Shown piece by piece: positions 47,691 to 59,582 of a DNA stretch of 64,000 nucleotides. The notes under the pieces are model-generated. The model did no database searches. It was given only the letters and a program-made list of their open reading frames with translations, and had not been told where the DNA came from. The translations under genes and the position numbers were made by a program. Location: the NCBI GenBank assembly GCA_964036045.1, contig OZ038378.1, positions 163,308,001 through 163,372,000 on the forward strand, read 5' to 3'. Source of the DNA: Eutreptiella sp. 'Long Island Sound 2002'. Lineage: Eukaryota > Protista > Euglenida. The stretch's first letter is position 1, and every line of letters starts with the position of its first letter.

Positions 47691-48084
47691 CGGGCGCAGT
47701 ACAGCGTGTGGTGCACCGCGTGGCACATCGTGCGACGCAGCGTGTTGTGCAATGCCCTTACGGCGTGTGGTGCAGCGTTGGGGGCAGTGTGTGATGTAAG
47801 ATGTGGTGAGGCATGTGTGTAGGGTGTGCAGCTGTACGTTGTCCAGGGGTGGGGATGTGTGGTGCAGTGGGTGTCAAGTGCACAATCAGCTGCGGACTGC
47901 CACTGGGGACGTCTGTCTTTCAAATGGAGGGTAGTAGAGCCCCCAAAAACTGTGGAGGGGGGTGCGGGCTGTTGTGATCTGGCCTGTTGTGGACCCACAA
48001 GAAGAAGGTGCGGAAGGTGCTGGATATGGTTTTCCGGGGGATGGCAGAGGCTCAGTTGCCTGGGCCCCTTTGCCCCCCAATCCT

Positions 48085-48160
48085 CCCTCCCTCCCTCCCT
48101 CCCCTCCCTCCCTCCCTCCCTTCCTCCCTCCCTCCCTCCCTCCCTCCCTCCCTCCCTCCT
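48085..48160. repeat. (CTCC)n microsatellite
   Basis: Direct reading of the sequence. Confidence 0.9.
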
Positions 48161-48232
48161 CCCCGCCCAGGTGGGCCGCAGATAGTGAGATTGTCTGTAG
48201 GGGGGGTATAGAGAAACTTGTTTTTTTGATAT

Positions 48233-48612
48233 CATGACCACTCACAATGACCATCCAAGCTATGTAAAGCTTGTTTAGGCAGTATTTATGTGTTGGGGCA
48301 TTGGGTGTGTGTGGGGGGGGGGGTTCTCCCAAGGGATTGGTACACATCCTGCTTATGCCGTTTTTCACCCTGGGCAGCTCAGAAATCGAAGTTTCCAAAC
48401 CTCTTCTTTTTTTTCTATGGTGACCACTCACAATGACCGCCCAAGCTATGTAAAGCATGTTTTAGGCACTATTGACGTGACTTTTATGGGTATTGGGTGC
48501 GTGTGTGTGTGTGGGGGGGGTGCCTTCCAAAGGATTGGTACCCAACCTGCTTATGCAGTTCTTCCCCCTGGGCAGCTCAAAAATGGAAGTTTCCAAACCT
48601 CCATTTCTTTTT
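48233..48612. repeat. Diverged tandem duplication of a ~187-bp unit
   Basis: TGACCACTCACAATGACC...CCAAGCTATGTAAAGC...GGATTGGTAC...CTGGGCAGCTCA...GAAGTTTCCAAACCTC occurs at about 48235 and 48422. Confidence 0.85.
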
Positions 48613-48838
48613 GGATATTGTGACCCCCAGGCCCCCGATTTAATATGTTTCCGGAGATTCTCTGCGGTGGCCTGGCCAGTGCCCCTTAATCCCTGGCAGT
48701 CAGGGGGTGCTATTGGCCCCTCACAGTAATTCGATTGGTTGGTGACTCAACATCCGCCACATCGGGCGGCCGAGTTTTGCGGGACGACTTGTGCCCGCAA
48801 TGGGGCCGGTAGTAGGAGACGTGCAGAGGGTAGTGTAG

Positions 48839-49000
48839 GTGTGGCATCCGCCCCCGCCTGAGGCTACCCCTCACGGTCTCAGGGAGCAGAGGCCCCCATC
48901 ACGCCCCAAAAGCACCGTCCAGCGCCGCACTGAAGAGCGTGCTCGGCAGCAATACGCTGTGGATTGCCGCAACGCTCATCACTCGGGCCCGTCCGGATAC
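48839..49000 (+). CDS. Candidate exon of a plus-strand gene (Pro/Arg-rich)
   Basis: 54 open codons between AG and a GTGAGC donor; acceptor lacks a good pyrimidine tract. Confidence 0.4.
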
Positions 49001-50280
49001 GTGAGCCACGGGCCAGAGCCCCCGGCATCGCGGCACGATGCACCAGGTGCCTGTGCCCATGCCCATGGGGGGTTTGCCACGAGGAACATGTTGCGGTGGA
49101 CAGGGATGCAGCACAGCACCAGTGTGCGTCCCCTGTGTTCACTGCTCTGGGCAACTGATGTCTGGGTGCCAAGTCCAGTGGCCGCGGCTGTGCTGCAGTG
49201 TGCAACGGCCTCCCCACCCCAAAGCGCCCCCGGGGACAGGGATGCATCCTGATTGGAATAGCACCAAGTGCCAGTGCATGGCCCCACTCTACTGCCGCAC
49301 AAGCACGCAACACGTGCCCACGCGTCTCTCCATCCACCGATGCCTCGTCTATGATGGCTCTCAGCCACTGCTCAACAATGCCAAGTGGACACTAATGTTT
49401 TCCCGTTGAGGCCGCATACACCGCCAGCACGCAGGGATGTGCCCAACCACCGGTGATTGCCCGCTGGCAAAGGCATGCCCGATCACGGGGGTGCCCAGCT
49501 GCAGCCCTTGACGCCGAAACAATTATGAGATGATTAGTAAAGTTGCATTGGGGGTGAAAAGGCTGGGAGGTGCCTGTAGGGGGTGGGTGGGTGTGGATGT
49601 TACCTGGACACCACGGTTGCTCACGGGTGGTTTTTTGATCCAACCCCCCCCCCCCCCCCTCCCTCCCCCTCCCAACCCCCTGCAGGGGGGCAGAATGTTT
49701 ACGGGGTGTCGACGTCAAGCGCTACACTTGGGCACCCCCCATGTGCCCAAGTGTGGTTTTCAGCGCGAAATGCAAGTAATTGCTCCAACATGGCCCCTTC
49801 CACCAGCACGTTCTACAGTTGCCTCTCTGGCCACTACTGCCGACCCACAAACACCGCATGCCATATACATCTCCTGCCCACAGGAGATGCACAAGCGGAT
49901 TGCCATCGGCCCCATCCCCCCTTCACCTATTTTGGCCCATGCTGCTTCCCACTGGCAACCCCTCCCGGCCTCAGGTGCCATGAACGGGTTTCTTAGAACG
50001 GCTGACAACCATAGGAGGAGGGGACCCCCTCCCTGGACCCCCCCCTCCTCTTCTAATGCATGATCCAGATCAGAAATGTCGCGGACACTGGTGTGATGTT
50101 GTTTGTTGTTCCCAGGGTGTTCCAAGGGCTTCTTTAGATTCTCTGCCTGCAGACGTGTAGGGTCACGCAAGCCGTCTCCGTCAAGGTGAAGCCTGCGAGG
50201 TGGCCACCTTTGCTACAGCTCCAGTGCACGTCCCTTGCCTCATTCCTGCGCCTCGCCTGCCCCCGTGGATGTCTGCCCAG

Positions 50281-50776
50281 GTTATGAGCCGCCACAACGC
50301 GCACCTTTCCAGCCAGATCTCGCGCCTCCGAAAACCCTTCGGAGCACACGCTCCCTGTCGGACCGAGACCCAAAGGCGCACACCTCGACACCCAATACAA
50401 CCTTCATAGAGTCCGATCACCCGTCGACACGCCGTCCCCGATACGACAGCGGTGCCTACCCTGATGCTGCAGAATGGGACATTCCTGTCTACCGGGGTCC
50501 GGATTCACAGAGTTGCAATGGATCAGGTCGTGAGAGACCCGGTGGTAGGCCCCCAGAAGTGGATTATCCACCGCAGCAGGAGCGAGATCGCAGAGACTCG
50601 GAGGCGCATGTTTATGGGGGTGGGGAAGGTGCACGCCGCCCACGCCGAGGTCTGTCGAGCGATGGGCTGAGAGGAGCCACTCCGCTCTCACAACAAGAGG
50701 AGCCACAACAGCAGCTGCAGCCCCTTGTGGTGGATGAAGAGGAGTATGCGAAGAGGGAGGGCAGTTGGATCAGGGG
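50281..50776 (+). CDS. Candidate large exon of a plus-strand gene (low complexity); 3' end uncertain
   Basis: Open frame of about 165 codons after a pyrimidine-rich CCCAG acceptor; composition resembles the disordered host exons. Confidence 0.45.
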
Positions 50777-51329
50777 AACAGCGTACCAGAGGACAGGGAT
50801 TTGGGGGGCGTATGGAACACTTGCCCTCATGGCCAGTGGCACATTAGGTTTTGGGAGTGGACGGAGGCCAGAGTTTTGCTCCACAACTCAGCATCCCCTT
50901 GGGGGGGGGGGTGTCACACAGGGGGGGTCCTAACACCCCCCCCCCCCCTCGGACCCGGAGTTCATCGTGGGAAAAAATGAAATTTACAAAAGGAAATATT
51001 GATTTGGGCTACTTTCGGTACACAAACTTTTGTACTTTTGGGTTCCAGGACCCCCCCCCCCACCTGCCGAACATTGCTGCATATGCATGCCAGGACGTGT
51101 ATGTGCAGAGCGCTTCTTGACCTGCGTGCGCCCCCCCCCCCCCAGCCCCACCCCTTAAGCACAACTCTGGAGGAGGCTCACCAACAGCGGCGTGGGTCAC
51201 CTGCCATGTACGTTGTAGGCACTCCAGGGGTACCTACCTGCCTTCGGCCACATATTCTGCTTCCGTTTGATGGGCTCCCAGCCTTCTGAGGCCGATTGCC
51301 TCACCACACGATCCAAGAGTCCAAGTACC

Positions 51330-51590
51330 TGTCACAGGACTTCATGCCGGGGCTCTTGTGGGCAAAATGGTGGCTGGCTGCCACGTAACGGTGATTGGGA
51401 TGATGGCGCATGTTCCAGGGCGGTTGACTCCGACGCATTGGGGATTGAGGGTGTTGAATACCACGTGACGGTGCTGGAGGCCAGGAGGCATGTATCCTCG
51501 CTGGACCGGGCACCGGCAGACCGTGCTGGGCAGTTCACCTTCCTTTGGAGGGGGGCCCCAGCCAGTGCGTTTTTGTGAATGAAACCTGCA
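51330..51590 (-). pseudogene. Degenerate LINE C-terminal zinc-finger fragment
   Basis: Frameshifted FIHK..W...CRCPVQ...VFNTL resembles FIHKALW...CPVDQELET of the 9-kb LINE; by eye only. Confidence 0.3.
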
Positions 51591-54555
51591 CAGTGCTGGA
51601 TGAGGGTGACCTGGGTGAGGGTGACCGAATACACGTATTGTTGATTGAGGCGATTGAGTACTACACGATGGCAATGCGGGGGGATTACGGGTCATGGACC
51701 CTTTAGAGCATGGAACCGTTCATCTCAGGCTGAATCGGCCACGAAGTACAATCAAGTCGTTTGGACGCAAAGAAATCGGGTATCGCCTCCTGTGTTCCGA
51801 GATCTGCCTGTGGGAGGCGAGGGGAGGCGGCAACGGCGACGGTGACGGATAGGCCTGCCAAATCAAGTGGGCGCGTTATTGCTGTAGATGCAAATGACGG
51901 TCCGAAATGTGTGACAAGATGATTGTACTCAGAACTATTATCTGTCGACAGGTGCTGCTGCACAATACCACAAACCTGGATGCTTTAGGCGTAGAAGTGG
52001 TGCAAGTCAGTCATCCTCAGCCCTATCCACATCCGCGCTCCTCTCCACGCCCCTTGCCCCCCCTCGCCACCCTGCCCTCCTCGGGGGACAGGGGTGGGGG
52101 CAGGGATGGGGGCAAAATTAGGGGAGTGGGTGGGACGCGGGAACTGGGGGGGGGGGGAGTGCCCGAGAGGTGGAAGAAAAAAAGAGAGGGTAAAAGGGAG
52201 GACCAAGGGATTGGAAAGGGATCCCTGTGTCCTTGTATAAACCTCCTCCTCCCTCCCTTCCCCATCTTCGGAGGGGGGGGGGGGGGGGGGGCTGTTCAGT
52301 TCAGTTCAATTCCGGACCCCAACCCCCCAGGGCATGGGCAGGGGGATCAGAGGGGGACGAGGGGGGGGGTTTTCGGGGTTTGAGGGGCATTTTCGAAGTC
52401 CCTGTTTCATCATTCTAAGCATTTTGAATATACACAACTGGGGCAATATCCCCTTTTACTATTCACCACAAATGAAAAATAGTGAGGCATCCCAGCACAC
52501 GGGCAACTGAACAAAGCTCAGGCAGCCGGCGAGCAATGTAAGACACATGACAATTGAACATGATGTATTGTGTCCATTCCAGAGTTTTGCCATTGTTCCA
52601 AGCGCACTCCACCATTCCATCCACCATTCATAGAAACAATGTCCTTGAGGTATTGTGGTGGCGAAGCACTGCTTGGCTGAAGCACTGTTGTGCAGAGGCG
52701 CTGCTGTACCAGGGCAAAAGTGTGCAAAGGCACGACTGAGGCCCTCGGGGGCCTTTGTGCACAGCGCGCTCACAGCGCACATTTTAGAGGGAGGAATGCG
52801 GAATTTTTAGGGCCATTAGCAATGTTCTTGCGAATAAAAGCCATACCACGCCCCACAACCCCATCCGCGCCCCACGACTCTCCGCAATGCTCCCTGCACC
52901 AGCACGGGCGGCACACCCACACAGCCGGCACCACAGGTTTGACCGCCCGAGAGGCCCTCTTCCTGTATGTGGTACACACAAGTGCCACCATCATGCTGAT
53001 ACCGCCTGCCAACCACAAAGCATACTGCTGTACGCGTAGCGGAGAGAGGGACGTGAAGGGGGATCTAGGACAACGAGCCCCTCATCCCGCCTGCCCCCGC
53101 GCTTCCAATTCTCTCATCCCACCTCCCTGCCAACGCTCTTTTGCGATCCCGTGCCACTCAGTGCCTTGTCCGCCAAGGCGTCAAATTTTGTCTGTTGTGG
53201 AGGTCCCCAGCGCACCAAAGAAGTGTGTTGGCCACCCACAAACAGTTGCCACCAAGCTGATGGTTCGCCAGCGGGTAATGTGTAGGCTTACTGATCCCTT
53301 GCATCATTGTGTCACCTTCGTATGTAGGCGTTGCATGAAGCTTGATGCTCAGGCCCGCAAGCCCCAGCAAAAGCGATACACAAATTACTCTGAAATCCCA
53401 GTTTACGTTCCCGACAATGCCACCGCGTATGTGCGTTTGCTGTTATCGATCTTGCTACTTCAAGCCCCCATCCACGTCCCCATCCACAAAATTCCTAGTG
53501 AACCAGTGTGCAACTGTCAAACGATTGTCTCTAGCGAGGGCGTGCATGAGGAGAAGAAGAGGAGGTAGACGAAAAGGGTTCAAATCCAATCGTCTGCAGT
53601 TTTTACGCTTGAACAGGTCGTCACCTGGAATGGGCCTTCACCTGCGGTTGACATGGATGTTTTTACTGTTTGGAAATTTCGTCAGATGTGGAGGATAGTT
53701 CCTTGACAGACCCTGTCAATTTCAGCGCCTCATCGTAGACTACTTGGGCACTACTTAAACGCACGGTAACAGGCACCTAGGTAGCCAGGGTGCGGCAGGC
53801 AATGTGCATGTGCATGTTTCCATTAGTACTCTACAGTTATGTTAGGGCACTCTGCTTTTGGATGCCCAAGGCCCCATGTTCGGGTACCTTGCACCCCCTT
53901 TTGGTCTGATGTGCCCAAGGGCCTGTTTTCTGGCAAACAATGGATATGATTGCATCCGTATTGCTGCAGATCATATCTTCAGGAGGATGTGGATGGCAAA
54001 CAGGTCTCGGGCCACTGCGCCACCGCACGGTCCACCGTGGGCCCTTGCTGCTGCCGCAGCCGGCAAGTGTAGGGGAGTAAAGCAACTAGCTTGCCCCCAG
54101 GTGCCGTTGCACGAGCTGCATGGCCTGGCGCAGCACCTGTGCTTGCTCTCCCAGCAGGAGCCACGTGCCCTGCAGTCTGTGTGGGGGTGCCAGCTGCGTT
54201 TGACCCAAGTATAGTTCGTACTTGAGGGCCACGTGCCAGCTCCTAAAGCAATCACGGGGACCCCTCGGCCTGGGGTGGAGGGGCGGCGCTGGCGGCACAT
54301 GAGCAGGGGCCCAAAGAGGTCCTGTCACGGGTACGCCCCCGTACGCCCCTGTACCTCCTTGGCGCAGTTTCCACAGGAACGGGGCGTCTCCCGGACCCCG
54401 CTAATCCGTCTGGCCAGCGACCATGCATGTAGATGGTAAGGCATGTGTTTTTTCCTGTGGTAAAGTGCAAGTACCAAAATACATCATACATTGATGTATT
54501 TTGTTTTTTGCAGTAAACGGCAAAACCAAATAATTATGTTGGTGAGTTCGGCAAA

Positions 54556-54745
54556 ACCGACTATTCGTGTTTACCGCAACAAAAATTACACTGTGGGGGA
54601 TTTTTGTACTCGCGTTTACCAGCACAAAAGTACATGACATGTGATTTTTTGGTATTTACGTTTACCGCAAAAAAAATTACACAACATACGATTTTTTTGG
54701 TATTCGGTGTACAGCAAAAAAGGAATAACACAAAATACAATATTT
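54556..54745. repeat. Four degenerate ~45-bp units (GTTTACCGC-A-rich-TACAC...GATTTTT)
   Basis: Direct reading of the sequence. Confidence 0.6.
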
Positions 54746-54879
54746 TGTAGGTACTCACGATTGCTACAAGCAACATGAGCGATGTGTCTCCATGTTGGCG
54801 ACCCTCCTCCCGGGGCTCGCCGGTGGGAGCATGACACATCTCCGCTCCCTGCCAGACGGCCCGTTAGACTAGCCCCCGG

Positions 54880-57060
54880 ACCTCCTCCGCGAGGTCAACC
54901 AAGTGGGTTGCTGGCCCGTCCTACTGGCTGAGGGGTGCACGGCGTTGATCCCCAAAGAGGGGCTGCCAAGGCCACTGGACATGCGTCCCTTGATGGTCCT
55001 CTCCATGATGTACAGCCTGTGGGCGGGCATCCACTTGGTGGATGCCATCCAACCGCAGGAGGCTTGGGCGCACCCATGCACCTTCAGTTTCCGCCGAGTG
55101 CGTAGTGCGCCAGATGGTGTGGTAGTGACGCAAGTTTTGTTGGAACTCTGCCGCGTGAAGGGATGGGCGGTAGCAGGGACAAGCATCGACGTTTCGACCT
55201 CATCCCCAAGGTTGTCATCCTTGCCCTCGCGTTGCCGAGTGAGGAGGGTCATTGGCGGCGAAGGACTTGTCCTTGAGTGAGGAGGGTCATCGGCAGCGAA
55301 CCACTTGTCCTTCAGACACTGGTAGACTACTCCTTGGTTGGATGCCTAGCCCTCGTCTAGCTAGGCCCGCCAAGCCGAGACTTGGTGCGGTCTGCCCGGT
55401 GCTGCCCGGCGGTGCACTATGCTGACTGTGCCCTAAAGGGTCGTGCACGGCCGGCACAGGGACGACCTTGTGATAGATATCCTCCACTGTGGCAGGAGCG
55501 GCTATGGCAAGTTGCCCCTTGGGCTCAAAGGCCTCCATGCTTCGCTTAGAGGAGGCATCCTTGCCCTCCTATGAGGTGGGGGTGGCTTGAACACTGTCTT
55601 GGGTCTCGAAAAATGCACCCCGCACTTGGGCGCTTGGGGATGAGGTAAGGGGGGGTTTGAAGCTCAATTAGACCTTCCAAATTGTCACAAGGCCCCTAAA
55701 TGATGTGGATAGAGCGATCAGCATTCGCAATGCTCAATGCCTAGCCCACAAAGCCCGGGGGCATTGGGGTGAGACGGACATCCGCAAAGGAACCCCGGTG
55801 TTCATCCACCAAGTTTGTTGTCTCAGGGGTCTCCTACGCCCAACACGGGGAGAAAATCAGAAGTGGCTACTTCACCCTTGCCGTCTCGGGCTCACAACAA
55901 AATGGGTACATGATCCTTGCTGTCTTGGGGGTCCCCAAAGCAACGGCGAAATTAGAATTGGCTAGTGGCCACTTTTTTTTTTTTGCCGTTGTGTAAGTGC
56001 GAGCAAACACGCGTACAAATTCATTTTTCGGCGCATAAATGCCATATGGTCGGCTGTGGCCAATCTGCATATTTTCGGTTTATCGCTTGCCAAGCATCTT
56101 GCCGGAGCCCATCCATCTCCGACAAGTCTGCTGTTGGCGTGCCATCTTGGAGCTCGGCATGGGCCCACGACCAGCGAGGGACCGTGTATGAATAGCTCCG
56201 CCGGGCCTTCAAGGTGGCAAGCAGCCCGGGCACCTAGTGGTAGGCCACCAATGGGATTCTGCAGGGCTGCCCACTTTCTGTCATGTTGGTGAGCGTCCTC
56301 ACCACAATCCGGAAGTGGGAGGCCGGCTCCCGACAGTTGTAGGTGTGTGCGGCGACCTAGTCACCCCAGCCCGCGGTGGCAGCGGTTGACCCTGCGGACT
56401 ACGCCCCAAGGAAGCTGCCCCCCATTTGAGGACCAAGGACCAGGGTATGTCACTCTGGGGTCTTCGGTATGCGGACGATACCCAAGCGGTCACCCCGACC
56501 GCATGGTGCGCTCTAGCGGACCACGCCCACGACCGAGGAGTGGCTGCTAGTCACAAGGCAGAACGTCTGCGTCTGCGTAGGGCAGTCCGCGTGGACAAGT
56601 CTTGCTCCTAGGCACAAGGGGAGGGAGGGTCCCTGGCAGTGCTGCTCCACATCTAGCACCGAGTGCGAGACAGCTTGCGCTACTATGCGAGGCGAAGATT
56701 GGAGGCCCAGTGCCCAGCCACCTTCGGGGGCCTAGGGGATGGTGTGGACAGGAAGGCTTGCCACAGAGCATTCCCGGCGGCCACCTCCGAAGGTGCGGCT
56801 TTGCTACTGCGGGGCCTGCTGGCAAGGGCCGTGTGGACAGCGGTTTGCGTGCAAGGCCATTGCCTGCGGAAAATGGCCAATTGTCTACACTATGGCACTG
56901 CCCATGAGGATGAGGCCCAGATCCTTTGGGATTGCCCAAAGTGGGAGGCCGCGTGGGCCGAGTGGGAAATGGATGCTGCCGTAGCTGTGGCCCCCAGATT
57001 AGTGGTCGGCGTCTTTGCGGTGCGCCGAACGGGAGAAACGGGAGCCACTGGATGATTTCC
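54880..57060 (+). pseudogene. Degenerate, internally deleted non-LTR retrotransposon remnant
   Basis: EGCTALIPKEG..RPLDMRPL..LSMMYSLWAG (54930-55030), YADD at 56468-56479, and C-terminal C..YG.AHEDEAQILWDCPKW (about 56880-56945). Confidence 0.75.
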
Positions 57061-59582
57061 TGCACCGCCTGTACAGCGCGTTCTTGACGGTACTTGCCGA
57101 GCGCATGGTCGGTGAAAAATGTAACTCATGTGAAAAAAATTGTCACTACTTGTAGTTTTTTCTTTGTAAGGTTGTTTAATTTTTTGTTGCAGCAAGGTCC
57201 TGTAATTTGTCGTGCGGTAATTCTTTAAAAATGGGACACTCAAAAAGCCGTACTGTATGCAATTTTTTGCATTGCAAAGGTGTGTACAGAGTGGTTTTGG
57301 CCTTTTTTGCAATGTGTACAATTGCTGGTTCCATACAGCACCCCATAGCGACCTTAGCGATGGGACGCCACGTCCACAAACCACAAAGTACTCTGGGTGG
57401 CCACCAATTACTTGGGGCTCAGCCAATTAAAGAATATGGAGGCTTGATGGAGGTGATGTGCATACGAGTGTCAAAATGGTTTTTTGGGACACGGAAGAAG
57501 TCAGTGACCTATCTTGGTTGCAGAGGAAGAAAATGAAGATGTCTCGTTGCTCCCATGTTTGTTTGTGGATTGGTTGGTAGGCCACCGAGGAAGTGTGGTA
57601 GATCAGTCCTACTGCAAGACACCGAGGAATCTCAGCCCCAGGGCTCCTGGCAGCTCCTGAATGTGAGATTCCTCCTGGCCATTGGCATTTTGGCCAACAG
57701 TGCAACTCATGCTGAGCTTAATCTCTTTCTCAGGCATATTACAATGGAGGTAGTAATCGTCCTCCCATTCCTGTGTGGGGGCGCTCGCTGGGAGGGCCAC
57801 CATGTAGGCTGATCCATGGAGTCCCGGTCCCGTGATGTCCGGGAGTTCTTGTATCGGTGACTGGCGGTATTCCCATGGGCCCTTGCTGGCTTCATGGGTG
57901 TAGTGGCGGCGTAGGGCGTTTGCCAGGTGCTGGAAAGGTGCGCCCATTGGGGGTGGGGGTTGTGGGAGGTCGCATGCGACGTCAATGGACGTGGGGGGCC
58001 GCGTGTTCTCCGGGTCCATCAGGGGTGCTGGAAAGGGGGGGGGGTCATATAAACCCCCACTCCGGGAAGAGGAGTTGAAAGGGGGGCTCATGTGGCAAAG
58101 CACATTTACAAGGGTGGTATCAGGACCAGTGATGGCTAAGAAATCACAGTGCAACAGCCTAGTCCTTCAAAGTGGTCCAACTGCAGTTTCCTATGCCACC
58201 CCCACGTCGTGAATCAGTGGGAGTATGTGTATCACATGTTGCTTTGGGCGCCAGATATCAATCTCCGCACTGGTAGAGTCCTACTGATCCGTGCACTTGG
58301 TGATCATTTGAGGTGTATATATACTCACACCTGAACCCCCTCATGGGCCCTGTAGAGGTGTCTGTCACAGGAAACCCGCGGGGCGGGGGGGGGGGGGGGG
58401 CTTCACAGGAGTCTCCAATTGCACCCCCCCATCACCGACAGCCGTTGTTTCGTTGAATAGCAGCAGCAGCAGCAGCAGCAGCATTGCCTTTGCAGATCAG
58501 GATTTGGAATCAGCTTCAGAGATTGAATGGGGTTGAGGGAGAAGGGAGCATTGCCACGATTCTCTTGCTGATGTGTTTACTGGTCCTTTAGAGCAGAAGC
58601 TGAGGTGTTTGCCAGATTGGGGGCTATGGATCAACATGCAGAAGATGATGATGTTGATAACAGGTGCTCTGCCCCCAAGTGCAAAGTCCTGTTTCAAGCG
58701 ACTGCTTCGGATGCAAAGAAAGACCCGAGTGAGTGACAGCAGTGTTCATGTCGTCCAACCCACAGCACATGCACATGTCATCGAAATGCCCTGTTCATGC
58801 TGATGCGACCGGGGGGCACGGCACTGCCGTGGTAGATACAGACCAGCACAGCGGACAACATGACACCGAAGTGGCTGAACACCGCTGAAGACAGTCATCC
58901 GACTGTCAACAACCGGCAACCACCGCTGGCCCCATTTCTTGCCAATGTTGCGCAGCTGGAAGGAAGTCAAAGCATGCGTTGCAACACGAAGGCAGGCCCT
59001 GGCTGCCAGCCTGTTCCCGTCTATGGTTCCACGTATTTGCCCCAGCCTAGCACCATGGACTGATGATGGGGGCGGGGGGGGGCGGGAGGATGATTTTCGA
59101 TCGCGGACAGGGGTAGCCAAAGGGGGTTAGAGGCTAGTGGTGGTTGTCCGTGGTTCCTGTACTGTGCCGGTACTGTGCCGGTCATCTGCAGAATTGTTGC
59201 GGGATCTTCAGCAGAGGAATGCACTACTTGACTCAACCTGACAATGGATTGGTCATTCAGTGTTATTCATCGGTTCACATTATCCGTCGCTTTCTACAAT
59301 CTCATTTTGGTTGCAACGACTGATCATATAAGTCGGGGCCACAGGGAGGCTGTGTACTGGTCTGGTATAGGGTAGGCCGCAGTGCACTTCCCCCACGGAT
59401 TTGCTTGAAGGGGAGAGGGGCTATGGGGGCAATTTCAGAACAGCGACAGAGCGGTCACAGGGGACAGTGAAAGTGGTTCGGGGCGGTTACTGGCGGCTAG
59501 AAATGCGGGTGGGGCCCTTGTTGGGGTATGGGCATGCCTTTGGGGTAGAGTCAGGGCAGGAGGCTTGCCGGGTGGGGGGGGG

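Noticed and set aside
47342-48241. His/Thr/Leu or CGAV repeat proteins
   Set aside because: Translations of the 12-bp and (CTCC)n repeats.
57609-59130. Further RT remnants on the minus strand (RFLGV and similar)
   Set aside because: Too degenerate to support without an alignment.
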